From: an uncultured Planctomycetia bacterium
GTDB taxonomy: Bacteria > Omnitrophota > Gorgyraeia > Gorgyraeales > Gorgyraeaceae
Length of the DNA stretch: 64,000 nucleotides
Assembly: GCA_964415355.1 (NCBI GenBank)
Contig: CAYPYS010000002.1
Span: 138,475 to 202,474, forward strand
Direction of reading: 5' to 3'
In this document: positions 18,795 through 28,471 of the stretch, piece by piece
Layout of the letters: the number at the start of each line of letters is the position of its first letter
Numbering within the stretch: position 1 is the stretch's first letter
The notes under the pieces: model-generated
Databases searched by the model: none
The model's input: the letters and a program-made list of their open reading frames with translations, nothing else
Told to the model about the DNA's origin: nothing
Made by a program: the position numbers and the translations under genes

Positions 18795-21470
18795 GGGGGA
18801 TTCCTTTGTTTCTAGCCAGTTCTTGCCGTGTTTGACGCTTACCTTCACAGGTACCCTTAGCTTTACAGCGCCTTCCATCCTGTTTTTTATAAGAGTGCAC
18901 ATCACATCAAGCTCTTCCTCCGGCACTTCGAATACCAGCTCATCGTGCACCTGTAATATCATCTTTGAGGAAAGTTTTTTCTTTTTCAGGTCTTCGTGGA
19001 TATTGATCATGGCAATCTTTATAAGATCTGCCGCAGATCCCTGTATGGGAGTATTGATAGCTATTCTCTCAGCCTGCTGTTGCTCCTTCATGTTTCCGTT
19101 CATGATCTCAGGGATATATCTACGCCTGTTAAAAAGCGTTGTCACGTAACCCGCGTCTCTCGCTTCTTCTATTTTTTCTTCCATGTATATCTTGACCCGG
19201 GGGTATCTTTCGAAATAAGAGTCTATGAAGTTCTGCGCGCTCGCCGGATCGATAGTAAGGCCCCTGGACAGTCCAAACGCGCTCATGCCGTAGACTATGC
19301 CGAAATTTACAGCCTTTGCATTCGACCTCATCTCAGGCGTGACATCTTTTTCATCGACACCAAAGACCAGGGAAGCTGTATGCGCGTGGATATCCATTTC
19401 TTTTTCAAAGGCAGTTATGAGCTGTTCATCTTCTGATAAATGAGCCAGTATCCTTAACTCTATTTGAGAATAATCCGCAGCTACGATCAGGTTTCCTTTA
19501 TCCCCGATAAAGGCCCTTCTGATCTGCCGGCCCTGATCTGTTTTAATAGGTATGTTTTGTAGATTAGGGTTACTGGAAGAAAGCCTCCCCGTAGCTGTGA
19601 CGGTTTGGTTGAATGAAGTATGAAGTCTTTTGGTTTTTGGGTTTATGAGTTCTGGCAGGGCATCTATATAGGTAGATTTTAATTTGGTCAACTCTCTGTA
19701 ACGTAAAAGCTCCTTTGGTAAGGGGTGCACTGCTGACAATCTTTCCAGTACGCTCACATCAGTAGAGACGCCTGTCTTTGTTTTCTTTATAACAGGCAAC
19801 CTCATTTTTTCAAACAGCACCTCGCTAAGCTGCTTTGGTGAATTTATATTAAACTCCTCTCCTGCCATTTTATAGATATTTGCCACGATCCCGGATAGTT
19901 CTTTTTCCGTAGACTTGGATGTTTTTTTCAAAAATTCAACATCGATCTTTACGCCGTTCTCTTCTATCTCGCAAAGTACATCTATTAAAGGAAGTTCTAT
20001 CTCTTTAAAAAGCTTATCCAGCTCCTTTTTAAAAAGTGCACCTTCAAAGACTTTTTTCAACCTCAGGGTCACATCGCTGTCTTCGCAGGAATACCGGGAA
20101 ATTCTGTCCAAAGGGACTTCTCGCATAGTTATCTTCTTCTTGCCGGTTCCCAAGAGGCCAGCCAAAGAGATATTTTTATGGCTGAGGTGTTCAAATGCAA
20201 GATCGTCTAAATTATGGTTCATTTTTGAAGGGTTCAGCAAATAAGAGGCTACCATGGTATCAAACTCGATCCCCTTTAAAACTATGCCATATCTAGAAAG
20301 CACCAGTTTTTCATATTTTATATTCTGTCCTGTCTTTTTCACTTTTTCGTCTTCCAATAGCGGCTTAAGCGCTTTAAACGCGTATTTAATATCCACGCCC
20401 TGTTTTTCACCAAGCAATGGCACATAATATGCCTTGCTTTCTTCCCAGCAAAAAGAAATGCCAATGGCTTCTGCGGTCAAGGGATCTGGCCCAGTAGTCT
20501 CGAAGTCCAGCACAAATGCTTTTTGTTTCTTTAGTTTCGCCACGAATTCGTCGAATTCCTTTTTGCCGGCAATGGTCTTGTAGCAGGCCTCTCGCCGCAC
20601 GTCTGAGTCGTCGGAAGCGATTTCCTTGGCAAGGGTTTTGAATTCCAGCTCTTTAAAAATCTGAAGAAGCATTGTGCTGTCAGGTTCTGTTACCTGCATT
20701 GCATCGAGTTTTATGTCTAAAGGTACGGATATGTCCACAGTAGCCAGCTCCTTTGACATCCTGGCGTTTTCTTCTTCTTTTTCCAATAGCTGCCTTTTTG
20801 ACTCGCTTTTTATCTTGTCAAGATTGTCGTACAGGTTTTCTATGTCGGTAAATTCTCTTATTATCTCGATAGCTGTCTTTTCTCCTATACCTTTCACCCC
20901 GGGTATGTTATCGCTCGCGTCGCCTGCAAGCGCCATGAAATCCACGATATTTTCAGGTCCTAAGCCGGAGAATCTCTCCTTGACGGATTTTTTGTCATAG
21001 ACAAGACCTTCTTTGTGCGTGCTGTATATCTTTATATCGTCATTGACTAGCTGCAATGCGTCCTTGTCGCCCGTGACGATATAGACGCTTATGCCTTCCT
21101 TCGATATCTTTTTTGCTACAGTAGCCAGCACGTCGTCTGCCTCATATCCCTGTAATTCGAATATCGGGATATTATAGGCCTGGACAGTCTTTTTTATCAG
21201 AGGCAGTTGCGATACAAGATCGTCCGGCATTGGCTTTCTTTTGATTTTATAGTCTTTAAACTTTTTGTGCCTGAACGTAGGCCCTTTTAGATCGAACGCC
21301 ACAGCAAGATAATCAGGTCTCTCTGCCCCAAGCAGTTTTTTGAGCATCAATATGAATCCGTAGACAGCGTTTGTAGGCTGCCCCTTGGAGTTTTTAAGGT
21401 CTTTGATGGCGTAATACGCCCTGTAGCAATAAGAATTCCCGTCTATCAAGAAGAGCTTCTTTTTTTTCAT
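18792..21470 (-). CDS. polA: DNA polymerase I
   Basis: 5'-3' exonuclease (LIDGNS, EADD), TGRLSSSNPNLQNIP, DYSQIELR, QVHDEL. Confidence 0.98.
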   Translation of the reverse strand: MKKKKLFLIDGNSYCYRAYYAIKDLKNSKGQPTNAVYGFILMLKKLLGAERPDYLAVAFDLKGPTFRHKKFKDYKIKRKPMPDDLVSQLPLIKKTVQAYNIPIFELQGYEADDVLATVAKKISKEGISVYIVTGDKDALQLVNDDIKIYSTHKEGLVYDKKSVKERFSGLGPENIVDFMALAGDASDNIPGVKGIGEKTAIEIIREFTDIENLYDNLDKIKSESKRQLLEKEEENARMSKELATVDISVPLDIKLDAMQVTEPDSTMLLQIFKELEFKTLAKEIASDDSDVRREACYKTIAGKKEFDEFVAKLKKQKAFVLDFETTGPDPLTAEAIGISFCWEESKAYYVPLLGEKQGVDIKYAFKALKPLLEDEKVKKTGQNIKYEKLVLSRYGIVLKGIEFDTMVASYLLNPSKMNHNLDDLAFEHLSHKNISLAGLLGTGKKKITMREVPLDRISRYSCEDSDVTLRLKKVFEGALFKKELDKLFKEIELPLIDVLCEIEENGVKIDVEFLKKTSKSTEKELSGIVANIYKMAGEEFNINSPKQLSEVLFEKMRLPVIKKTKTGVSTDVSVLERLSAVHPLPKELLRYRELTKLKSTYIDALPELINPKTKRLHTSFNQTVTATGRLSSSNPNLQNIPIKTDQGRQIRRAFIGDKGNLIVAADYSQIELRILAHLSEDEQLITAFEKEMDIHAHTASLVFGVDEKDVTPEMRSNAKAVNFGIVYGMSAFGLSRGLTIDPASAQNFIDSYFERYPRVKIYMEEKIEEARDAGYVTTLFNRRRYIPEIMNGNMKEQQQAERIAINTPIQGSAADLIKIAMINIHEDLKKKKLSSKMILQVHDELVFEVPEEELDVMCTLIKNRMEGAVKLRVPVKVSVKHGKNWLETKESP

Positions 21471-21546
21471 TATATTATCACATCTTTATTTGATATGGAA
21501 TTTTGTATAGAACGGATGGATTTAGATATCGTTAGGTATCAGTAGA

Positions 21547-22665
21547 TCATTCCGGCACCATATCGAGTATTGTCTCAAATTCTTCTCTCGCGCCGGCATG
21601 ATCATTCTGGTGGTAAAGTAGAATACCTTTGTTATAATGGTCCTCTATCCTCTCCTCCTTCATTTTATCTTTTACAATCTCTTCTAATTCCAGCAGGGCC
21701 AGGTCATCCGGATATGTTCTTTTCGCTATCCTTATCGTATCCAGGGCGTGGGAATATTCCCCTTTTTTATAATAACTATTAGCCTTGGAATAATAGGCCT
21801 TGGCTTTAGGGCTTGACTTCGGTATCTGGATTTCCTTTTTTGGCCTCGAGGTCTTTGCCTCTGGTATCTTTTCGGAAGCGTCTTTCTTTATACTTTCGAT
21901 ATTTGCCCCGCCTCTCTTTTTATCTCTTTCTCTTTTCAGTCTCTCCTCTGCCAGCCGCAGTGACTTTTGGATCTCTGTTTGCAGCGCCGATTTTCTGGCA
22001 GTTTCAACCCTCTCTGTTCTCTTTGTTTTTCTTTCTGCTTTAGGTTTGGATCCCAGGCGCGTCCAGCCTTTTGATTCTGGTTTTTTAACAGTGATATCTT
22101 TTTTTTCTTTTTGTATATTCTTTTTTGCCCGACTCTTGGTATAGCTAGACTCTCTTTCTCTGGCAGGCTTGATCTTCGCGCTTTTGCTTCTGGACCCGAG
22201 TAATCCCAGCTTCTCAAGGCGCTGCCTGGCTTCTTCTTTCCACGTGTCTCCTGGTTCGCCGAGCCTGTATCTCTTCATCCAGTGAAACGCGGCCTTTTCC
22301 AGCTCGCCTTTTCTCTCGTAAAGAAGCGCTAAATTTGTATGCGCTTTTGCATAACTCCTGTCTATTGTCAGGGCCTTTTGATATTCTGATTCTGCCCTGT
22401 CAAGCAGGCCTTTTGCCTCGTATAAGATCCCGAGATCATTATGAGGCGTCGCGTAATTAAGATCGAGCTCAGCTGCTTTCTGATAGTATGAGATAGCAGT
22501 ATCAATATCTCCTATGTCCTGAGCCTTAAAGCCTTCTTCGCGATAAGAAACAGCCTCTTCCGAGAAACTCCCAGCGTATATATACCTGTTATTTAAAAGG
22601 GAGATGGAGGAAATAAGAAAAAATATTATTGCGACCCTGATAAATATGTATAAATATTTACCCAT
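21547..22665 (-). CDS. Tetratricopeptide repeat protein with N-terminal TM/signal segment
   Basis: TPR motifs (HNDLGILY, HTNLALLY), Lys/Arg-rich linker; ATG 22665 after GAGGGG. Confidence 0.8.
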   Translation of the reverse strand: MGKYLYIFIRVAIIFFLISSISLLNNRYIYAGSFSEEAVSYREEGFKAQDIGDIDTAISYYQKAAELDLNYATPHNDLGILYEAKGLLDRAESEYQKALTIDRSYAKAHTNLALLYERKGELEKAAFHWMKRYRLGEPGDTWKEEARQRLEKLGLLGSRSKSAKIKPARERESSYTKSRAKKNIQKEKKDITVKKPESKGWTRLGSKPKAERKTKRTERVETARKSALQTEIQKSLRLAEERLKRERDKKRGGANIESIKKDASEKIPEAKTSRPKKEIQIPKSSPKAKAYYSKANSYYKKGEYSHALDTIRIAKRTYPDDLALLELEEIVKDKMKEERIEDHYNKGILLYHQNDHAGAREEFETILDMVPE

Positions 22666-22685
22666 TAACCCCTCTTTTTGACATA

Positions 22686-22714
22686 AGTCTATCATATCGA
22701 ATTTGTTGCGTCAA
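22686..22714 (-). promoter_or_regulatory. Putative sigma70 promoter TTGACG-17-TAGACT with extended -10 TG
   Basis: Consensus match with 17-bp spacing upstream of the TPR gene. Confidence 0.6.
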
Positions 22715-22727
22715 GGAAAAATCCCCT

Positions 22728-22764
22728 TAACTTTACATTTCAACAACGTTAAAGTGTAAAGTTA
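22728..22764. repeat. 37-bp palindrome copy
   Basis: taactttacatttcaac-aac-gttaaagtgtaaagtta. Confidence 0.95.
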
Positions 22765-22768
22765 GGAA

Positions 22769-24283
22769 TTAGAGATTTGTCTGTTTTGAAAAGTAGCCGC
22801 CGGTGAAAGCGTCCAAATCAGCCGTAAGCTCTTGAATGCGCAGGTCTATTTCCAGTTTTTCTCTCAAGTCTTCCGGCGGCGAGAGGTGTGTTTCTATCTG
22901 CAGTCTCCTGCGTTCAAAATAAGTCCTTGTGATCTCGTCTAGGATATCGTCCCTGAGCTGCACCATTAGCCGCGACCTCGTGTCGATGCTCGTCTGATCA
23001 TCATTCCAGACAAGTTCGCCAAGGTCCCAGGACATGGTCACATCCCAGGATATAACATCATCACCTTTTGTCAACACATCAGGATTCTGTCCCGCATCCC
23101 AATGATAATAGTCAGTGACATATCTATCCAGCCCTACGGATAAATCCGGGAGCAGTGCTTTCTTGCTCGCGGCGCTCCTCCATTCTTTGATCTTTTCAGG
23201 GTGGACTTCTGCGTACTTGATAGCTATTTCCTGCACCTCTCTTATTGTCGGTTCGTTTTTAAATCGTTCGATCACGTCATCCTTTTTAAAATCGAGCTGG
23301 GTTTTTTCTGAAAAAAGGACAGCATTTTTCAGATCTATCCTGTACAGGCCTTTGTCTGTCGCAGCCCAGAGTTTCGCGTCATCTGCCGACACGGATCTTG
23401 CCTCGCTGGTGCTCATGCCTTTATAGAGCGATGTCCATATTTTATTTTCATCATTAAAAACAAAGACCCCTTTATCAGTCGCGGCAAACAGCGCGTCGAG
23501 GGATAAAAGACGCTTTACTTTCAGAGAAGACAGCCCTGTTAAGGGAAATCTTTTCCAGCTTTGCCCTTTGTCCTCGCTCATGAATATCCCGTAATCAGTC
23601 GCAAGCAATAATCTCTTCTCCTCGACAAGGGCGCTGTTAATAGGCCTTGTCGCAATAGCTGAAGAGTCTGTCGAATCACTGTCGTATCCTGCTTCTTCTG
23701 TATATGTTACAAATATTCTTTTCCAATTAGAATCTTTTCCTCTATGTGCGCCGTTTTCAGTGATAAGCAAGATCTCGTCATCCATAAAAGAAATCCACTT
23801 TACGCCTATATTGCCTGCTTCACCTGTATCCTTTTCCCATGTCGCACCGCTGTCGCTGCTGGCGAACAGGCCGCCTCCTGTTCCGACGTAGATCCTGTTA
23901 TCTGTAAACGCGATACACAAGACATTATTTTCTTCAGAGCTCAAGCCTTTAAATATTCTTTTCCAATTTGATCTGCCATTTTCGCTTCTAAAGAGTCCTC
24001 TTTTCGTGCAAACAAATGCGCTGCCGTCAGCAGAAGCCCCTATAAAATTAATAATGTTTGTATCGCCGCTTGTGGAAAAGACCGCGGACCATTTTTTGCC
24101 ATTATCTTTGCTCATGTATAAAGTCTTTGAGGCTGAGGCGTAGATGGTGCCTTTTTCATGAGGCAATGTTATGATTTCTTTTATGTCTGGATCCTTGATC
24201 CCGGAAACCAGTGTCCATGCTTCATCGGCCACGCAATCACCGCAAAAAATAAAAAATAACAACACGATAAAAAAATACTTCAT
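22769..24283 (-). CDS. Secreted BNR/Asp-box beta-propeller protein with a C-terminal helical/beta domain
   Basis: Signal peptide; repeated SxDxGxxW Asp-boxes (SKDNGKKW, SSDSGATW, SEDKGQSW). Confidence 0.75.
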   Translation of the reverse strand: MKYFFIVLLFFIFCGDCVADEAWTLVSGIKDPDIKEIITLPHEKGTIYASASKTLYMSKDNGKKWSAVFSTSGDTNIINFIGASADGSAFVCTKRGLFRSENGRSNWKRIFKGLSSEENNVLCIAFTDNRIYVGTGGGLFASSDSGATWEKDTGEAGNIGVKWISFMDDEILLITENGAHRGKDSNWKRIFVTYTEEAGYDSDSTDSSAIATRPINSALVEEKRLLLATDYGIFMSEDKGQSWKRFPLTGLSSLKVKRLLSLDALFAATDKGVFVFNDENKIWTSLYKGMSTSEARSVSADDAKLWAATDKGLYRIDLKNAVLFSEKTQLDFKKDDVIERFKNEPTIREVQEIAIKYAEVHPEKIKEWRSAASKKALLPDLSVGLDRYVTDYYHWDAGQNPDVLTKGDDVISWDVTMSWDLGELVWNDDQTSIDTRSRLMVQLRDDILDEITRTYFERRRLQIETHLSPPEDLREKLEIDLRIQELTADLDAFTGGYFSKQTNL

Positions 24284-24299
24284 AACTGCCCCCTTTTTT

Positions 24300-24336
24300 T
24301 AACTTTACATTTCAACAACGTTAAAATGTAAAGTTA
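24300..24336. repeat. 37-bp palindrome copy
   Basis: taactttacatttcaac-aac-gttaaaatgtaaagtta. Confidence 0.95.
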
Positions 24337-24340
24337 ATAT

Positions 24341-24364
24341 GTCATTCCCGCGAAAACGGGAATC
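24341..24364 (+). repeat. GC-rich REP/dRS3-like hairpin
   Basis: gtc-ATTCCC-gcgaaaac-GGGAAT-c matches ATTCCC(N8)GGGAAT. Confidence 0.85.
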
Positions 24365-24489
24365 TTCTATTGGCAAGACACTCGACATCTGGACTTTCTT
24401 TCAGAAAATTTTAAGAATAGATGGATAGGTTCAGTATACTACTGTATCGGAAAAGCAATCAAGGCAGGAAATCGTGACTACGGGACATT

Positions 24490-26203
24490 CTATTTTTTAT
24501 CTACCCTCTTCAACAGGACCGCGCTGAATTCATTGCTCGTAAACGGCATAGGCCCGAACTGTTTTTCGACGATGTAATTCTTTTCTAAGTAACGGATGAT
24601 CTCATGGGCATAGTCTATTCCAAATCTCGCTGCCCCGTATTCTGATGTGTTTCGCGGTAAAATGGCTGCGTAGGAAACCTTTTTTTCTTCAAGGGTATCG
24701 ACTACCATTTTTTCAGAAGCACTCTCTGCTAGATCCAGAGGAAAGTATGTAAATCTGTATGCCGGGTTTTTTCTTTCAGCTAAAAAATTTAACATCAAGC
24801 CTTCTGGGAAGACAACGAGCGAATCAGACGGCCCTGTATTATGTATGAGGTAATCCAGGAGCTCTTTTACCCTATTGTAAGCGGGATAAACAAAGATGTT
24901 TCCTTTTTCCGTAGATATTTCTAATGTGCGATTTTTATAAGCATAGGCTGATATAGACGCATGACTCACGATAAATGCAATAGATACGATTACGAAAGCA
25001 GACCTGCAAAAACGCTGTGATATTTTATTTGTTGACGTTTCAGGGACCATCTTTAGAAAAAATATGTAATAGCACAGCATGCCCGGGACAAGCAAATAGA
25101 AACCATACTGGCCTGCCCAGGTCTTAAATAGTATGCGCGTTAATAGCAGGATCGAAAAAATAGAAAAAACCATTAAGAATAAAAACCTTTTTTGCCGAGT
25201 CTTCAAATAGCTCTTATATGCTATGACGCCAAGCGAGATGCATATGAGCGGGGTGCATAGATATTGCATGTAATACGGGAAAAACCTCACCTGGACAAAA
25301 ATGGACGCTTGCTATGACGGCCATAGCAAGCGGCATCGCGATGATTTTTTTCTTTTTAGACAATATCGATCCTGCGAAGAAAAATAAGCTGCTTATGGCG
25401 AGGTAATAAAGTGTTATCTTGAGGATCGATGCTATATTAAAAGACAGATTATCTGCGCCCATGAGTCTGGCAGTGAAAGGTGCGGTCAGGTCCAGGTTCT
25501 TCAGGAGCAGGTTTATATCTCCTGTGCCGGCAAATGCTGCATAGACGAGACCGGCTGCGATGAGTGGGAACATGCAGCGCAGGCCTATGTCTTTTACGCG
25601 ACTTCTGGATGCAAGCAGGCTGCCTATGAAAAGTGAAATAATAAGCGCTATACCTATCTCCAGTCTTGTGATCAATGTCAATGTCGATAAAAGAACCAGT
25701 GCGCATGAATACATTGGCCTCTTTCCGTCAAGTATACGGTAGTAGAAAAATAAGGCCGCAGTCGCTAGCGTGATACCATGGGTCGCTGAATAAGTGTAAG
25801 GTATTATGAAATTAAAGATGCCTGACTCGTAGTATTGCCCAAACGCGAACACAAAAAGAAAAGTGAGAACAGAAAAAGTCGAGAGCCGGGGATTTAGAAA
25901 GACGCGGGATATTTTATATATAAGAAAAGACAATAGCGCGGTCGTAAGTGCGCCGCTTATAACCATGGTGTTGATATTCATGCCGAAAACAGAGCACAGA
26001 AATGCGTTGAAATGCGGCGAAAAAGGGCCATACTGATACAATACGTCTCTATATAAGCTGTCCCCTGAGAGTATCCTCCATGGCACATACAGTTCTCTGC
26101 CTGTGTCAATGATAACACTGCCCCACTTAAGCCACGAGACTTTAAGTAGAAGGATAAAAACACACGCGATAATCAAAAATGGAATATATTTTCTTTTGCG
26201 CAT
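24490..26203 (-). pseudogene. Multi-TM GT-C/ArnT-like membrane protein split by a 1-bp frameshift near 25310
   Basis: Two overlapping hydrophobic ORFs join (...VIA/ASIFVQVRFFPYY...) if one A is removed; DTGRELY..LYRD...YGP N-terminal motif. Confidence 0.7.
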
Positions 26204-26206
26204 TAT

Positions 26207-26253
26207 GGATTCCCGCTGGAGTTTATCCCCGCGAAAGCGGGGGCGAGAATGAC
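26207..26253 (-). repeat. dRS3-like hairpin with a nested 26-bp hairpin insert
   Basis: ggattcccgc-[tggagtttatCCCCGCgaaaGCGGGG]-gcgagaatgac. Confidence 0.8.
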
Positions 26254-26259
26254 ACGCGT

Positions 26260-26296
26260 TAACTTTACACTTCAACAACGTTAAAGTGTAAAGTTA
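26260..26296. repeat. 37-bp palindrome copy; encodes a GT2 C-terminus
   Basis: taactttacacttcaac-aac-gttaaagtgtaaagtta. Confidence 0.95.
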
Positions 26297-27095
26297 GGTC
26301 CAGATAATATTGACCTTCCTGTATCCTGCCGCGCTTCAAACACCCGTTTCCGTATATCCGACATTTCTTTTTAAGTTCCTGTAGCGCGAGTTTTTTCTGC
26401 GAATCGTCAAGCGTCCCTGATTTCAGGATTTTTGCAATCGCCTGTATCCTGAAGCGGTCTATACCTGCTGCATAGATAGAAGAAACCTGATCCTCTCTGC
26501 CCCCGTCTTTTAATGTCAATGGCCTGTCCATAAGATAAAAAGAATGTTTTGCGCTCGTCCTTAACCAAAAATCATAATCTTCGCAGCAGGAGAGCTGTTC
26601 GTCGAAGAGCCCAATGGCATCGAAGAGCTGCCTCTGTACCATTGCCGTGGACATACTGACAACGCACAGAGGAAGGCACTTATCAAAAATATAACCGTGA
26701 AATTTTTTATGCCTTTTCTTTTGATTTAGAATCTCACCGTTTCTGTACCATGTCTCCTGGGTATGGGAGATGAGATATTGGGGATTTTTCTGCATTGCCT
26801 CTATTTGCAACGCGAGCTTTTCTCTGTCCCACCAATCATCAGAGTCCAAAAATGCTATAAAATCCCCCTTAGAGGCTTTTATGCCTGCATTTCGCGCAGA
26901 TGCAGGTCCTTTGTTTTGTTGTTTAATATACATAAGACGTCCGCTGAAATCAGATATGAGATCCGCTGTGCCATCTTCTGAGCCGTCGTCGACTATGATT
27001 AGTTCAAAATCCTTGAAGCTTTGCGAAAAAACAGATTCTATGGCTTTTTTTAAACGATGAACGCGATTAAAGGCAGGGATAATGACGCTGATCAT
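26265..27095 (-). CDS. Glycosyltransferase family 2
   Basis: ISVIIPAFNR, VDDGSED, ARNAG, FLDSDD, EDYDFW. Confidence 0.92.
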   Translation of the reverse strand: MISVIIPAFNRVHRLKKAIESVFSQSFKDFELIIVDDGSEDGTADLISDFSGRLMYIKQQNKGPASARNAGIKASKGDFIAFLDSDDWWDREKLALQIEAMQKNPQYLISHTQETWYRNGEILNQKKRHKKFHGYIFDKCLPLCVVSMSTAMVQRQLFDAIGLFDEQLSCCEDYDFWLRTSAKHSFYLMDRPLTLKDGGREDQVSSIYAAGIDRFRIQAIAKILKSGTLDDSQKKLALQELKKKCRIYGNGCLKRGRIQEGQYYLDLTLHFNVVEV

Positions 27096-27308
27096 TTATC
27101 TTGTCGGAAGAGGTAACTTATCAAGGGCGCTTTTGTATAAATAATTCAGATATCTGAAAAAATTACTCCAATTGATCCTGTGCTCTATAACGGTGTATTC
27201 TACGCCCATTTTTGTCTCTATTTTTCTATGCGTTTCCCAAGTGTTGCTCTTGAGAAAAACGGAAAGGAGTATGGCGAGCGCTATAATAAACAAGAACAGT
27301 CTTTTCAT
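27096..27308 (-). CDS. Small hypothetical membrane/secreted protein (70 aa)
   Basis: Signal-like N-terminus, GAGGGAG SD, fills the operon gap. Confidence 0.65.
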   Translation of the reverse strand: MKRLFLFIIALAILLSVFLKSNTWETHRKIETKMGVEYTVIEHRINWSNFFRYLNYLYKSALDKLPLPTR

Positions 27309-27403
27309 TTTTTTCTCCCTCTTAATAGATCTTTATGTATTTTCTTTTTTTCGCGCAGAAGCCTTGAGATATCTTTTTGCCTGCGGGTGACCTTTTGCTT
27401 CAT
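27305..27403 (-). CDS. Possible 32-aa basic peptide MKQKVTRRQKDISRLLREKKKIHKDLLRGRKK
   Basis: Manual translation; starts 2 bp after the gspH-like stop and has an ATGA overlap with the next gene. Confidence 0.45.
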   Translation of the reverse strand: MKQKVTRRQKDISRLLREKKKIHKDLLRGRKK

Positions 27404-27405
27404 GA

Positions 27406-27867
27406 TTATTCGACCCTGATCTTGCCTGTGCTCCCGATAATCGAGATAGTTTTTGAGTTGCCTTGCTTGTCGGTAATCGTGACAGAACCGCTTCCTTCCT
27501 CTATCGCGCCTGTGGTATAGAACGCGACTCGATCGCCTTCAAAGGTTATGGGATCTGCATCTTCTTCACTGCGATCTTCAAACTTTATAGACGGTGGAAG
27601 CCTGCGTTTTCTTTCAAAGAGTTTTCCTTCGTCATCCTCTATCCAGTACTCTGAGTTGTCTTTATCAAAGAAAACCACGTATTTCTGCCTGTATGTTATG
27701 GCATTGCTCTTCGCGACGCGCAGCGTGCCTAAAATAGCCCTCGCAGCTGTCTTTAGCCGCAGGCCTTTGCCAAATCCGGATGTAAATGGTAAGGAGAGGC
27801 CGAGTATCAATGTTATTACTGCAAGAACCACCAGCATCTCGACCAATGTAAAGGCTTGTTTTTTCAT
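27406..27867 (-). CDS. GspH/FimT-like minor pseudopilin
   Basis: Prepilin cleavage site AFTLVEMLVV; GspH-like C-terminus. Confidence 0.85.
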   Translation of the reverse strand: MKKQAFTLVEMLVVLAVITLILGLSLPFTSGFGKGLRLKTAARAILGTLRVAKSNAITYRQKYVVFFDKDNSEYWIEDDEGKLFERKRRLPPSIKFEDRSEEDADPITFEGDRVAFYTTGAIEEGSGSVTITDKQGNSKTISIIGSTGKIRVE

Positions 27868-27890
27868 AGATATGAGTTTCTTTTTTTGCC

Positions 27891-27927
27891 TAACTTTACA
27901 CTTTAACGTTGTTAAAGTGTAAAGTTA
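27891..27927. repeat. 37-bp perfect palindrome (first of a tandem pair)
   Basis: taactttacactttaac-gtt-gttaaagtgtaaagtta. Confidence 0.95.
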
Positions 27928-27929
27928 GT

Positions 27930-27966
27930 TAAGTATACATTTCAACAACGTTAAAATGTAAAGTTA
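27930..27966. repeat. 37-bp hybrid palindrome; provides gspG stop
   Basis: taagtatacatttcaac-aac-gttaaaatgtaaagtta. Confidence 0.94.
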
Positions 27967-28398
27967 CCAATTGTTTATGTCGTCTCTTTCTGTGCCGTCG
28001 CCTTTTCCGTCCGGTCCCAGGGAATAGAGGTCATACATGTATTCATTGTGCACACCTGGGTTTACATAGACAAAGGCATTGCCCCACGCGTCCATGTATT
28101 CGCCATTTTCGTTGCGCTCCTTCTCTCTTATCTTAAGGTAAGGCCCGCTCCAGTCAAAATCCCCTGGATCTTCGGTGAGCGCGATCACAAGATTGCTGTT
28201 GCCGGAATCAGGATATGCGCCCATATCTGTCTCGTACATGCTGATCGCTGTTTCAATCGTTGCCAGCTGCGCCTTTGCCTTGGTAATCGCCCCGCGCTTT
28301 CTCGCCTGCTGCGCACCGCCTACCACCATCCCGGCCAATATAGTAATAATAGCTATTACAACCAAAAGCTCTATAAGTGTAAAACCTTTTCTCTTCAT
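27964..28398 (-). CDS. gspG: Type II secretion major pseudopilin
   Basis: GFTLIELLVV, WSGPYL, DAWGNAFVY..PG, YDLYSLGPDG, DDINNW. Confidence 0.92.
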   Translation of the reverse strand: MKRKGFTLIELLVVIAIITILAGMVVGGAQQARKRGAITKAKAQLATIETAISMYETDMGAYPDSGNSNLVIALTEDPGDFDWSGPYLKIREKERNENGEYMDAWGNAFVYVNPGVHNEYMYDLYSLGPDGKGDGTERDDINNW

Positions 28399-28418
28399 AC
28401 GTCACCTCATTTCCGGCT

Positions 28419-28455
28419 TAAGTATACATTTTAACATTGTTGAAATGTATACTTA
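28419..28455. repeat. 37-bp palindrome, AGTATAC subfamily
   Basis: taagtatacattttaac-att-gttgaaatgtatactta. Confidence 0.95.
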
Positions 28456-28471
28456 AATTATGTATGAGTAT

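Noticed and set aside
24365-24489. Riboswitch or ncRNA upstream of the propeller gene
   Set aside because: No recognisable aptamer motif; only a weak TTGATT-18-TATACT promoter-like match.
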